A stretch of 64,000 bases of DNA from Patescibacteria group bacterium (GTDB lineage Bacteria; Patescibacteriota; UBA1384; XYA2-FULL-43-10; 1-14-0-10-43-13). This document shows, piece after piece, positions 27,438-37,493 of this stretch. A program made the position numbers and the translations under genes. The notes beneath the pieces were generated by a model that did not search any database, was not told the DNA's origin, and saw nothing but the letters and a program-made list of their open reading frames with translations. The stretch covers positions 95,102-159,101 of the forward strand of contig JBAYHC010000003.1 of assembly GCA_041666325.1 (NCBI GenBank), in the 5' to 3' direction. The first letter of the stretch is position 1; each line of letters begins with the position of its first letter.

Positions 27438-27559
27438 TATTTTGTTGTCTAAACCATCATAGCGGCCTTAGCCCGCATGATCAATCCCCTTGCTGTGGAT
27501 AACGAGGATTGAGCTCAAGTTACACGCCCGTGAATCCGGAAACTACTTTAGTCCCCAAT

Positions 27560-27691
27560 TGTCATTCTGATCCGCCAGCTGGCCATGTACCGTTCTGGTG
27601 CGTGGCTGGCGGAGAAAAATCCAGATCACAAAGTGATCGAAACTATTTGTGCGCTGCGCTAGATTCTTCACTTCACTTGTTCAGAATGACA
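27560..27691. repeat. TGTCATTCTGA..TCAGAATGACA palindromic element with nested palindrome
   Basis: Perfect 11-bp terminal inverted repeat; internal TCCGCCAGC/GCTGGCGGA. Confidence 0.75.
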
Positions 27692-27744
27692 GAAGAAAAA
27701 TGAACAAAGCACAAATTGAATTAGTTTTAAGATTCACACGCTAT

Positions 27745-27773
27745 TTGACATTTTTACATAAATATGATATAAT
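27745..27773 (+). promoter_or_regulatory. Consensus sigma70 promoter
   Basis: TTGACA-17 nt-TATAAT with extended TG. Confidence 0.85.
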
Positions 27774-27897
27774 GCACGCATGTTCGGAGTAGTCAGGGGC
27801 GTCCATGACGCGCTCTGGCATCCCGCCCATGGCGGGAACGTGAGCCTGGGGAGGCTGTCCAAAACATACCCACCCCCGATCCGTATCGGGGCGGAGA

Positions 27898-28707
27898 ATG
27901 GAAATGTCAAGAGTCGCAAACGTCGGAACAATCGAGTGGACAACTGGTGTTATCTTCGAGAAGGACAGGCTGAAGTCGCACATCGCCGCCCTCGCGGCTA
28001 CTTGCAGCGACAACGTGCCAGAAGTGATGGCAAGGTATCGCGATGAAGCGATTCGGGAATTGAGCCAAGACCTGCTGCCGCTCCGCATCTTCGTCCGCCT
28101 TGACCAGCCAGTCCCGGATGATCAGTTCCCCGGGATTTGGACGGAAGATGACGGCTCGCGTCTCTGGGTCGCCAACGGACAAAGCCCTCACGATGGGCAG
28201 CAAGTCCATCCCTTCTTGTACATCCTGCGTGGGCTTGCGCGCTGGAGCGGCCACGCAGTACAGATCAGCCTGTCCCAGTTCGGCCATGCGGCCTACGTCA
28301 CGTTCATCTCGAACGAAGACATCAGGCAACCGTCCGCCTACCTCAACGCCCTGGCCAGCAAGATGGCACGCTGGGCCGCCGAGGGTCGGTGGGAGATCCT
28401 CAACGACTACACTCGCCAGAAGGTCGAGGCCATACTCGCTGACCTGGAAACGGCCGCCGGCACCATCCGTACCTTCCTCGCCATGGTCAAGTTCCTGCAG
28501 TCCCACGGCGTTAGGCCAAGTGGAGAGGCAATGAACATCCGACGGATATTGGCACTCCGGTCACCGGGTGGGTCCGCCGGACCCAGCAGCGACATCTGGG
28601 ATATTGCCAACATTTTCCAGCAGGAACAGCAGAATCTCGCCCAGGTCGTGCCGCCCGAGTTGAGGCGCGAAATGGATGCGCTGCAGAAGCGCGGCTGGCA
28701 GGAGTAG
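27898..28707 (+). CDS. GC-rich hypothetical protein
   Basis: 269-aa ORF with G/C-rich third positions, own promoter and terminator. Confidence 0.75.
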   Translation: MEMSRVANVGTIEWTTGVIFEKDRLKSHIAALAATCSDNVPEVMARYRDEAIRELSQDLLPLRIFVRLDQPVPDDQFPGIWTEDDGSRLWVANGQSPHDGQQVHPFLYILRGLARWSGHAVQISLSQFGHAAYVTFISNEDIRQPSAYLNALASKMARWAAEGRWEILNDYTRQKVEAILADLETAAGTIRTFLAMVKFLQSHGVRPSGEAMNIRRILALRSPGGSAGPSSDIWDIANIFQQEQQNLAQVVPPELRREMDALQKRGWQE

Positions 28708-28737
28708 CGCCCCTGCCGCCACCACGTTCGACACACT

Positions 28738-28771
28738 CGCCCTGGGACCTCACGGTCCCGGGGCGGTTTTT
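28738..28771 (+). terminator. Intrinsic terminator
   Basis: CGCCCTGGGACC/GGTCCCGGGGCG plus T-run. Confidence 0.8.
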
Positions 28772-28870
28772 TATTTAGAGACAAATGTTTTTTGGCACGA
28801 CCAAAAAAATAGGCTGCCCTTAGGAGAGCAGCCAGCCAAATGGTTAGACTTCGCTTCGTTCTGGAACATC

Positions 28871-29704
28871 TCACTTCCGGGGAATGGTGTAGTTGGTCCC
28901 ACCACCGCCGTCGTTGATGATGACGGTCACGTCCTTACCCGTCAGATCCTTGACCGTTTCCCATTTCTTGTACTCGAGGTAGCCCGGATTGGCGCGGATG
29001 GCGCGGCCCACCTTCTCTATCGCCACGACTTCAGCGTCGGCGGAGGCTTTCCTATTCTCGGCCGCCCAGAGGGACTCGTCCACCTTGACGTTGGAGAGCT
29101 GTCCCCCGATCAGCTTGAGTGGCACCTTGTTGCGTTCGAAGGTGCTGATGATCATGGCCGCGACTTCTTTGTTGATGCGGTTGTAGTTGCCCATGACCTC
29201 ATCGTAGTCACGGTATTTGGCGAAGATCTCCCTCGCCTTGCCCCGGATGGTCATCTGGGCAAACTGGTCATACACCGCCTGGAGAGTGATCGTACTGACG
29301 CGATCTTTCCCCGGCAGTGGCACAGGGGTGACCTGAGCGAAGATGCTGTCGCGCATCTTCTTGTCGTCAGGCAGCATCACCTGAATGTAGATGTCAACGG
29401 CCAAGGGCACGCGACTCTTGGTGATGATCCTATGATCCTCGGACTTCTTGGGATCAGATGACTTGGCGAACTCCTCCTTGACGGTGTAGCTCGTCGCCTC
29501 GCAGGTCACCAAGCGATTGCAACTTCCGTCAGTACTAGTCGCGCCGATCTCAGCCTGACCCGCCTCGCGGATACCGCCGTCCCACCCAGAAGGCGACAAC
29601 ACGCGACCGATATAGCCGGGCGGAATGTCCTCGACATGTCCGCAGCCAGCGAATCCCATAGCGGCCATGGCCGCAAGAACCAGAGCGAATAGCTTCCTTC
29701 TCAT
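28871..29704 (-). CDS. SPFH/band-7-like lipoprotein
   Basis: Lipobox FAGC; 'IPPGYIGRV', 'IRGKAREIFAKY', C-terminal 'NP.YLEYK.WE'. Confidence 0.7.
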   Translation of the reverse strand: MRRKLFALVLAAMAAMGFAGCGHVEDIPPGYIGRVLSPSGWDGGIREAGQAEIGATSTDGSCNRLVTCEATSYTVKEEFAKSSDPKKSEDHRIITKSRVPLAVDIYIQVMLPDDKKMRDSIFAQVTPVPLPGKDRVSTITLQAVYDQFAQMTIRGKAREIFAKYRDYDEVMGNYNRINKEVAAMIISTFERNKVPLKLIGGQLSNVKVDESLWAAENRKASADAEVVAIEKVGRAIRANPGYLEYKKWETVKDLTGKDVTVIINDGGGGTNYTIPRK

Positions 29705-29715
29705 TGTGTCACCTC

Positions 29716-30015
29716 TCAGTGCTTCGGCTCGGTCTTGGAATCGTTCCTCAAGATATCTGCTCTCTCGTTGGCGACGCTGCGGTCGATGACCGATTGCGGA
29801 GCCTTGTTCACGACTGCCGTCTTCACGGCATAGCCGCCGAATCCAAGGACCGCAAAGATGATCAACGTAAGGCAGACGGCTGTCGCCACCCCCCGCTCTT
29901 CGTCGGTCAGGCCACTGTTCTTGCTGCGCAAGCTTAAGCCGACCAGCACGACAACGGCGACGAACACCACAAGCCCGAAAAATGGCATCGTCAGTTGCCT
30001 GTAGATGTCTTCCAT
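29716..30015 (-). CDS. Small 2-TM membrane protein co-transcribed with the SPFH gene
   Basis: GGAGG RBS, two TM helices. Confidence 0.7.
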   Translation of the reverse strand: MEDIYRQLTMPFFGLVVFVAVVVLVGLSLRSKNSGLTDEERGVATAVCLTLIIFAVLGFGGYAVKTAVVNKAPQSVIDRSVANERADILRNDSKTEPKH

Positions 30016-30193
30016 GTTTCCTCCCTCCAGAGCGAAGTCAGCACCATTTTGGCATAGACACGAGTACGTTATCACAAATTGGTCATAACGTCAATAACCA
30101 CCCGCAGCGTCGTCATTGCGAGTGTTCTTGTGATGAGAGCGAATGAAAGCACTCAAGGCGGTTTTTGTATTTTCCCCTTCCGATTTCTCCCTT

Positions 30194-31630
30194 CTACCCT
30201 CTACTTTCTCCCTCGTTCTTGTAGTACTCAATCCCCTCTTCAACCGTGGAAAATTTGCCCTCGAGCTGGGCTTCGAATAGTTCGTCCAGCACTTGCCCGA
30301 AGCCCGGACCGGGCTCAAGTCCGAGTTCAATGAGATGACGCCCCATAACGAGTGGCTTGGGCTTCGTGTCTTCGAGCGAAAGCTGCTTGGCTCGTTCAAG
30401 CAATGCCTCACCCTCAGGAAAACCATGCCATGGTATGGCCCGACCGCGCCGGTCCACCTCTGACGACCAGACCAACTCCTCAATTGTGGCCGGAGCAAGC
30501 CGCAGGGCCAACCGCCGAATGGCGGCATCACTAAGATCTTTATTAAAAGCCGGATACATATGTTCGCCAGCAAGCAGGAGAACATGCTTGATCATCTCAT
30601 CAGGCAGAGAGAGAGAACGCATGAACTTCTCTGCCGGCTGGATGCCGGCCTTGGCATGACCATAAGATGTCACCTTTTCATCTTCAACCACCGTAGTTAC
30701 CGGTTTGCCCATATCGTGTGTCAGCGCAAAAAACATGAAAATCAATGACCTTTTCTCGTCAAAGTTTTTCTGTCGAATCAGCTTCGCTGCTTCATCGACG
30801 ACCATGAGCGTATGAGTCCAGACATCACCCTCCGGATGCCATCGAACCGACTGCGGAGTACCGACAAGCTCCAGGAGTTCGGGATGGAGTTTGTTGATAA
30901 TTCCCAGGTCCAGCGCAAGACTCAACCCCTTGCTCGGTTTTTCCGATTTCAGCAGCAGCTTCTTCCATTCGTCACCAATCCGTTCGGGAGACAGTTCCGA
31001 AAGCTCCAATCCTCGGCACAAATCGGCTGTCTTTGCCTCAATGCGCAAATTAAATCTTCCAACAAACTGCATCGCCCGAAGAGCTCGAAGCGGGTCATCG
31101 CCGAAGGTTTCTGGATCAGTTGCCTGCAAAACACCCTCCTCTAAATCATCAATCCCGCCATGGGCATCGATAATTTCGCCCGTCAACAGATCAAGAGCCA
31201 GGGCATTGATCGTAAAATCACGGCGCTTGGATGCTTCACTGAAGGATAAATCTGGCTCGCCGGTAATAGCAAACCCGCGATGGCCCTTGCCGATTTTAGA
31301 TTCACGGCGAGGCAAGGCAATATCGAGATCACCAAACTTGATAACGCTAAATTGCGCCCCGACAACATTGACGGGCCCCAACGGCTCGAGCAATTCCCGT
31401 ATCTTGTCGTACGCTAGCCCATAAACCTCAAGATCAATGTCCTTGGGCTCAACCGAGTAGCCAAGATCTTTGAGCAGAAGATCTCTGACATAACCACCCA
31501 CAATTAATGTCCGCCCCCCGCTCTCCGCGACTAGCTTCACCACTGCCAAAGCCATCTTGACTTGATTTTTGGTCTGAGGATCAACCGCTTGTTCAATTAA
31601 TTTATCAAAATTGATTGTATTGTTTTCCAT
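30194..31630 (-). CDS. cca: CCA tRNA nucleotidyltransferase with HD domain
   Basis: VGGYVRD, DIDLE, RRDFTINA, DDPLRALRA, HPEGDVW.HT, HD. Confidence 0.92.
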   Translation of the reverse strand: MENNTINFDKLIEQAVDPQTKNQVKMALAVVKLVAESGGRTLIVGGYVRDLLLKDLGYSVEPKDIDLEVYGLAYDKIRELLEPLGPVNVVGAQFSVIKFGDLDIALPRRESKIGKGHRGFAITGEPDLSFSEASKRRDFTINALALDLLTGEIIDAHGGIDDLEEGVLQATDPETFGDDPLRALRAMQFVGRFNLRIEAKTADLCRGLELSELSPERIGDEWKKLLLKSEKPSKGLSLALDLGIINKLHPELLELVGTPQSVRWHPEGDVWTHTLMVVDEAAKLIRQKNFDEKRSLIFMFFALTHDMGKPVTTVVEDEKVTSYGHAKAGIQPAEKFMRSLSLPDEMIKHVLLLAGEHMYPAFNKDLSDAAIRRLALRLAPATIEELVWSSEVDRRGRAIPWHGFPEGEALLERAKQLSLEDTKPKPLVMGRHLIELGLEPGPGFGQVLDELFEAQLEGKFSTVEEGIEYYKNEGESRG

Positions 31631-32101
31631 TTATTCATCACTCCCTGATTGATGTTTCCTTCCATTGCGAGAATACAGCCCGACCAACTCCGCCTCTGCC
31701 ATGACACGATCACTCATGGCGTCTGTAATATCATGCAGAGATGAGTCTGGCCGAAGCTCAAGAACTTTATCCACAGCATAGAGGGTAAAAACATAACGAT
31801 GCTCCCCTGTCGGAGGACATGGCCCGCCATAACCAGGTTCATTGAAGCCATTGATTCCCTCGATTGCGCTCTCGGGCACATCACCTTCGGGGATTGACTC
31901 TGTTCCAGGGTCGATATTCCAAACAACCCAATGCAAGAACTCTCCGCCTGGAGCGTCGGGATCGCTTACGACTAAGATTAAGCTTTCTGCGTCTTCTGGA
32001 ACGTCCTCTATCTCCAGCGGTGGACTAATATTTTCTCCAGCGCATGTATACTTGGCTGGCATCAGACCAAAGTGTTCAAATTCAGGACTTGATAATTCCA
32101 T
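31631..32101 (-). CDS. YbhB/YbcL PEBP-family protein
   Basis: DPDAP, HWVVWNI, GYGGPCPP, HRY.F..YA. Confidence 0.93.
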   Translation of the reverse strand: MELSSPEFEHFGLMPAKYTCAGENISPPLEIEDVPEDAESLILVVSDPDAPGGEFLHWVVWNIDPGTESIPEGDVPESAIEGINGFNEPGYGGPCPPTGEHRYVFTLYAVDKVLELRPDSSLHDITDAMSDRVMAEAELVGLYSRNGRKHQSGSDE

Positions 32102-32245
32102 AATGCCTCACTTTCTGTTTCTACTAAGCCCATTAGTATACCCCATGCATTTAATAATGCAAAGGCAGATTGCCAAAGAGTAGAACACCTATGCGCCTAG
32201 CACTTTTTCCCCCAAAATGCCTCACCCCTATTCTGATCTTTCAGC

Positions 32246-32869
32246 CTAATATCGTCGAGTGAAAAACTGGAGAACCAGATACAGTACAATCGCACCAGCA
32301 ATAATGGCTCCAACATATTGTACGATCAAGGCTAAGAAAAGAAAAAGCATCGGAATTGACATTATCATCAAAAATATCAGGGCGATCCGTGGCTGAACAG
32401 AAAGCAAAGCGATGCCAAAAGCAGAGATCAGGCCAGCCACAGCGACTATGGCAATATAGGGAACACCGCCAGTAAAGCTTCTGTTGAGACAAAAACCAAG
32501 ATCAAGATACCTGCAACCGACAATCAGCCCGGAAATTATCAGGTAAGTTACAGCTGTGATGGCAGCAATATATCGGCATGTGCCACTCCAGCAAATTGCT
32601 AATTCGTGCCTATATTTCCCGATAGAGTGCCGCATTTTGCTTTGGCTTTCGACGCTGCCCGTGCTTATCCCTCTCTCTGCCAGCCTCTCCTCCACCTTCT
32701 CGCGAATTACCTCCTTCACATCTCTGGAGACGGCGTCCTTGACATCGCGTTCTATTTCTTGATCAAGCTCTTTGTCTATCTCTGTCTCAATCTCTTCAAC
32801 CAGCTCCTTCTCGTGCTGCTCAATGTCTTCTTCGACTCTCTTCTCAATGTTTTTGTTCTCTTCTTTCAT
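32246..32869 (-). CDS. Membrane protein with acidic coiled-coil N-terminus
   Basis: E/K-rich N-terminus, C-terminal TMs. Confidence 0.7.
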   Translation of the reverse strand: MKEENKNIEKRVEEDIEQHEKELVEEIETEIDKELDQEIERDVKDAVSRDVKEVIREKVEERLAERGISTGSVESQSKMRHSIGKYRHELAICWSGTCRYIAAITAVTYLIISGLIVGCRYLDLGFCLNRSFTGGVPYIAIVAVAGLISAFGIALLSVQPRIALIFLMIMSIPMLFLFLALIVQYVGAIIAGAIVLYLVLQFFTRRY

Positions 32870-32970
32870 GGCAAAGTTTCGACTTAAAAACTGTTCGGCT
32901 GTTCATCATACCACAAGAAAGATTGACTTTTGACCATAATTAGATATCTAATATCTACAGGAGGGTCGAG

Positions 32971-33345
32971 ATGAAAGACCGGAAGAAACGCTATATTTTC
33001 ACTGTGTACTATCCTGGCGTGGAATCACTCTTTAGTACTTGCGCCATCGTAGCATCTACTGTCTGGGAAGCAATCTCCATTCTGAAACCAGACCTCGGCG
33101 AAGCAAAAATAGCTCCCGAGGGACCACATTACCTCAACATTGGCGATGTGCCGATATCAACTCCTGAAGACCTCCGACGTTTACCGCGCGTCTTCGCCGA
33201 CATTCACACCGAGTACATTTTGCTCGATGGAGATAGGCTGCCACCAGCTGCCCTTGAGCATGTTCTGGGTGACGATCACGGCAACTTCTATGTGCCAGTA
33301 ATGATGGCCGAACTATTGATTCAAAACGGTCACCACATTCTCTGA
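32971..33345 (+). CDS. Hypothetical protein
   Basis: AGGAGG RBS, TTGACT promoter candidate upstream. Confidence 0.6.
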   Translation: MKDRKKRYIFTVYYPGVESLFSTCAIVASTVWEAISILKPDLGEAKIAPEGPHYLNIGDVPISTPEDLRRLPRVFADIHTEYILLDGDRLPPAALEHVLGDDHGNFYVPVMMAELLIQNGHHIL

Positions 33346-33388
33346 CGCTCGACTTTTCCCACCGTCCTGCCACTTTGGCAGGCGTTTT

Positions 33389-34879
33389 TCATTGAGATAC
33401 AAGAGACCTAAGCTCGTCCAGTGCTTTTTGGATTGAGTCGATCTTTGACCTGATATCGCTGTTCTTGTCTGTAGGTGCGGTTGTATCAGCGGGCAGAGCA
33501 GGGGTGCCAGCCAGAAGTGCCTGCAATTGGGCTTCATTGTCAACACCGACAACCTTATTGGTTTTAGCATTGAGAAGTACGGTCTTGGCAATACCAGCAG
33601 AGTCATTGGGAATAATCGAGAGGAGCCAATTGAGATCTCCAGCCACCTTAACCGGCCGCGGCTCAGACAAACTAAACCCGCTCCAGTCATAAGTTGGAAA
33701 CTCTCTCTTGATATAATCAGCGGCAGCAATCGGCCCGGTCAATTGGGAATTCTGATCGAATTCAACAATCTCACGCTTGCCGGTAGTTGCGTCAAAAACA
33801 AAAACCTTGAAGATGCCGTATGATCGGCCGTACGGCTCAGCGACAATAACCTGTTTAAACCCCTCTGCCGTTGCTGAATGTATCACACTCTCATCGGATG
33901 GAAGGCTGACTATCTCGGTCTGATTGCGATGCAAGAACCACTTGTTCAATATTCCCCCGTTGTAGGCATAGGAATCAGCATAGTACAGAGCTAACTCCTT
34001 GGGATAAATACGATTACCCTTCAAGTACGAAATTGACTCCGCCTCTGCGGGGGTATAATCGTTGATCGTACCATCAGCACTGACAACCATAACTCCGCCC
34101 CACTCCGGGATTCTGAATGGAAAGCCCTTGTAGGTCATATACGGCACGACAGTAACCCACTCGCCGGAATCATTGCGAAGATATGTCGGCTCGCTGCTAT
34201 AAGTGGCAAAATACCTCTTGAGCGGCAAACGGAAATAAATGTTATCGAAAACACCAACGCCCTCGGAATATTTGAACTTTTGATCATAGATGTTTACTTT
34301 TCGTTCAAGGGTATCAACCTGAACAGTCACAAAACCATTCATCTTGTTGACCAAATAAAGCAATCCCCCATCAGGCAATCTGGGAGAAACTCGCACCAAA
34401 CGTCCCTGATCCAAGACTATCTGTGAATCCCCCAAATGCTCTTGGGGATTTTGAAATGAATCTTCGGCATATCGCGTCGCAACCGGCTTCGGCGTGAGAC
34501 GAATTGGGCTGAATTCAGGTAGTTCTGCTCTCTTGATGTAATCGATTTTCTTGGCAGCCAAGGTGTAGCGAATTTCGTTCTGCAAAAAGAGACCGATAAA
34601 AACAACGGCAAGAACACCAAGATAAGCAACGATCCATCTTGTTGAAATCTTGTTACTGCTCTTCAGGCTATAGCTAGCAGGGGCAAGCTTTACAACCTGG
34701 AAAGGACCTATGCGTTTGATAAGAGAATAGACACCAAAGGCTAATAACAACACGAAAATCAGGGAAAGTGGACTAATAACAAGAGTCATGACTAGGCCGT
34801 GCCACCAAGGTCGCAAAAACCATGCCAACGCGAGAACTAATGTGAGCCACACGATTCGTCCCAATTTGATTCTACTCAT
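33389..34879 (-). CDS. Membrane-anchored protein with large extracytoplasmic domain
   Basis: 3 N-terminal TMs, 496 aa. Confidence 0.75.
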   Translation of the reverse strand: MSRIKLGRIVWLTLVLALAWFLRPWWHGLVMTLVISPLSLIFVLLLAFGVYSLIKRIGPFQVVKLAPASYSLKSSNKISTRWIVAYLGVLAVVFIGLFLQNEIRYTLAAKKIDYIKRAELPEFSPIRLTPKPVATRYAEDSFQNPQEHLGDSQIVLDQGRLVRVSPRLPDGGLLYLVNKMNGFVTVQVDTLERKVNIYDQKFKYSEGVGVFDNIYFRLPLKRYFATYSSEPTYLRNDSGEWVTVVPYMTYKGFPFRIPEWGGVMVVSADGTINDYTPAEAESISYLKGNRIYPKELALYYADSYAYNGGILNKWFLHRNQTEIVSLPSDESVIHSATAEGFKQVIVAEPYGRSYGIFKVFVFDATTGKREIVEFDQNSQLTGPIAAADYIKREFPTYDWSGFSLSEPRPVKVAGDLNWLLSIIPNDSAGIAKTVLLNAKTNKVVGVDNEAQLQALLAGTPALPADTTAPTDKNSDIRSKIDSIQKALDELRSLVSQ

Positions 34880-34889
34880 CTAGACCCTT

Positions 34890-35351
34890 TCACTTAATAT
34901 CGCTTTGCCATAATATTGCTATCACCTCTCTCTTACCATCGAATTTCCAGTCATGGAAAACAGGACACTTCTTCTCTGAGCTATTACTTATTGCCCTGCG
35001 GTTTCCGATATAAAACCCTATATGTTTATGCTCTTCACCATCAAATTGTAGTCTTTCCCAAACAATAACACTCCCAACCTTAGGCCGCTTGATCTCTTTC
35101 CAGCCCGAAGCAACTAAATCTTTGACTGTTCTATCAACAGTGAGATGAATTCGTTCGATCAAACCAAACATGGTCAGAATTCCTGAGACAAAGTAAGCGC
35201 ATGCCGCGTCACCGTTGCTTGCAGCGTCGAATATTTCGCCGTCTCTCGTGGCGTAGAAATTACGAAAAATCTTGCTACCTTTACTATTCTTGATAGAAGC
35301 TATGTATGATTTTTTAATCAGTTTTTTAATTTTAGGAGTTTGTTCCATCAC
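34890..35351 (-). CDS. NlpC/P60-like (papain-fold) protein
   Basis: 'CAYFVS', 'P..G.VI.W', 'HIGFYIG...AISNSS'. Confidence 0.6.
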   Translation of the reverse strand: MMEQTPKIKKLIKKSYIASIKNSKGSKIFRNFYATRDGEIFDAASNGDAACAYFVSGILTMFGLIERIHLTVDRTVKDLVASGWKEIKRPKVGSVIVWERLQFDGEEHKHIGFYIGNRRAISNSSEKKCPVFHDWKFDGKREVIAILWQSDIK

Positions 35352-35359
35352 TGTCGTTG

Positions 35360-36652
35360 CTAAAGATTTATCAAGCCGACAAAAACACCACCATTGAAAT
35401 CAAATTTTTGGATAGTTCCATCTTTAACATTAATCAGGTAGACCTTATTTTCCTTGCTCTTGGCCTCTTCTGGTTTGTAGTATCGTTCTTTGGCAACAAC
35501 CAAATAATCGCCCTCTTGACCGTAAGAATAGAGATAATCAAACTCACCCGTAACTGAACCCTCCAGCTGAACCTTCACCAAACTCTTGTCTCTCACCTCG
35601 TACAGAAATTTATTGGTCGCCAGAAAAGCCTTGCCGTTTGTAGAGTAAATGACGTCAACGATATCTTCCTTGCCTCGATCTATGCTCGAAAATTCACCCA
35701 ACAGCTCGTTTTGTTTCTTGGCATCATCGTAAACAAAGACTTTGGTTGGAAGTGTCTCGCCAACGCCAGAGCCATAATTACCGACATGGCCAGCCACAAC
35801 AAGCCTGTTATCATCGATGAAATCAGCTGCAAGAAATTCAAAATTATCATCATCTATTCTAGGTGCGCCACTGACTCTGTCCCAATCAACATCTGCAAAC
35901 TTGCTAATGTCGCCGCTTGGCGTTAGAGCAAAGCTGTTGCCCGTCGCAATACCGGCTGATGTTGACCTGACCAGTCGCATGCCGCTCTTTGACCACTTGG
36001 TAGACCCACACCAGAGGGCTTCAACGCTTGCCCTCGCTCCCTTTTCAAGATTGAAATACCTATCCTCACAGAACTCCCAACCCGTGAAACCATATGTAAT
36101 ATAACGGTCGTGAGGCGAAAAAAACTTGATTCTATCGAATGAGGTACTGCTTACCTTGTCACCTGTTTTATTCATAACCTGCTGATCGATAACAGTATTT
36201 GACAACTGCTCGATAGTGGAATGATAAAGATAGCTCGTACCATTTAGCTCTGAGATCCAGGCGATTTCTTTGCCACTATTTGATATCTTGGCGTCCTGAA
36301 ACAATCCATCTCCCTGCGTTACAAAGTAGTTGTTCTCTGCCCTGCTATTGAGATTGACTTTTACGATACGATTAGTCGTCTTATCAAGATAGAGCATACT
36401 CTTCTCTTTGCCCTCTTCGGCGTCCAATACGTATGTATCGTCATTGGCCACAGCCCCACTTGATTCCTCGCTATCCGGATCCGAAACGGCCTCCGCAACA
36501 AGCGATCCATCGCTCGAAGCGACAAGACCTTCAGCATTCTTGCTCTGGATATACAAGCCTAGAAAATATGTGGCACTGCCAAAGATAACCATAACGAGAA
36601 CTATCAGACCAAAACTTTTCCAAACAAGCGTATTTTTCATATTAGTACTCAC
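35360..36652 (-). CDS. Membrane-anchored beta-propeller-like protein
   Basis: N-terminal TM, TolB-like 'SNSGKEIAW', 'FSPHDRYITY'. Confidence 0.65.
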   Translation of the reverse strand: MSTNMKNTLVWKSFGLIVLVMVIFGSATYFLGLYIQSKNAEGLVASSDGSLVAEAVSDPDSEESSGAVANDDTYVLDAEEGKEKSMLYLDKTTNRIVKVNLNSRAENNYFVTQGDGLFQDAKISNSGKEIAWISELNGTSYLYHSTIEQLSNTVIDQQVMNKTGDKVSSTSFDRIKFFSPHDRYITYGFTGWEFCEDRYFNLEKGARASVEALWCGSTKWSKSGMRLVRSTSAGIATGNSFALTPSGDISKFADVDWDRVSGAPRIDDDNFEFLAADFIDDNRLVVAGHVGNYGSGVGETLPTKVFVYDDAKKQNELLGEFSSIDRGKEDIVDVIYSTNGKAFLATNKFLYEVRDKSLVKVQLEGSVTGEFDYLYSYGQEGDYLVVAKERYYKPEEAKSKENKVYLINVKDGTIQKFDFNGGVFVGLINL

Positions 36653-36865
36653 TAATTTATCAAGCTATAGTATACCACAAAAGCCGAGTAGGCTGTACAG
36701 CAGTAAGGTAGCAGAAAAATAACGATTACTAAAAAATGTCCTGACCACAAAATGGCTCTAGCGGTTTCCCGAGGGTGTTGCGCCTCCAATCATCGGCCAC
36801 CTTGTCTTGGGCTCATTTAGCTCTACCTCACGACTAACGTGACCGATCTCAAGCCCCCTTGCCAA

Positions 36866-36892
36866 CGGTGGCAAATGCCACCGCTTTTTTTT
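36866..36892 (+). terminator. Plus-strand intrinsic terminator with no plus-strand gene upstream
   Basis: CGGTGGCA/TGCCACCG plus T9. Confidence 0.7.
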
Positions 36893-37493
36893 ATTTGGCT
36901 TTGCGAAGAATTATCTCGAACCAATCCTGTCCCCTTAGATTGTTATGGTCGACTAGAATAACCTCATAATTATCACCCGCCAACCTTGCCACATCCCCTG
37001 GTGTGTAATAATAGTACGTTCGCACGCCAAAATTATCAGTTCTCGTGAATTCATGATATGGCCCGAGTTTTAATGAGATCAGAAAAATTCCACCAGGAGT
37101 CAGCGCCGAATGTGCCCGCACTAGAATATCTTCAAAATGTTCTTCGTCCATATGGATAAGAGAGGCAAAGGCGAAGATTATATCGATATCTTCGGGGAGA
37201 TCGCAATTCTCGATGTCCGCAACTTCGAATGAAGCCTCGGGTATTCTCTCCTTCGCAATTGCAATCAGCTCTGATGATAAATCAACTCCAAGATACTCGT
37301 CTGTTAGTTTGATAATTTCGGCCGCGTCGCGTCCCGTCCCGCAACCAATCTCAAGAACAGAAGGGCTGTCTTTTTTTACCAGAGCAAAGGCTTTCTTGAT
37401 ATCTTCAATTCGCGCACCCGCCTGATCAAATTTGTTAGCAAATGCCCGGGCGTTTTGGTCATAAGTCGCAATTGTTTGAGCCTTTTTATCCAT
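36891..37493 (-). CDS. Class I SAM-dependent methyltransferase
   Basis: VLEIGCGTGRD, GVDLS, ASLIH, LTPGG. Confidence 0.9.
   Translation of the reverse strand: MDKKAQTIATYDQNARAFANKFDQAGARIEDIKKAFALVKKDSPSVLEIGCGTGRDAAEIIKLTDEYLGVDLSSELIAIAKERIPEASFEVADIENCDLPEDIDIIFAFASLIHMDEEHFEDILVRAHSALTPGGIFLISLKLGPYHEFTRTDNFGVRTYYYYTPGDVARLAGDNYEVILVDHNNLRGQDWFEIILRKAK

Noticed and set aside
28676-29461. Long antisense ORFs (also 678-1289, 26576-27166, 38062-38703, 63247-63978)
   Set aside because: Shadow frames opposite well-supported genes, with no RBS or recognisable motifs.
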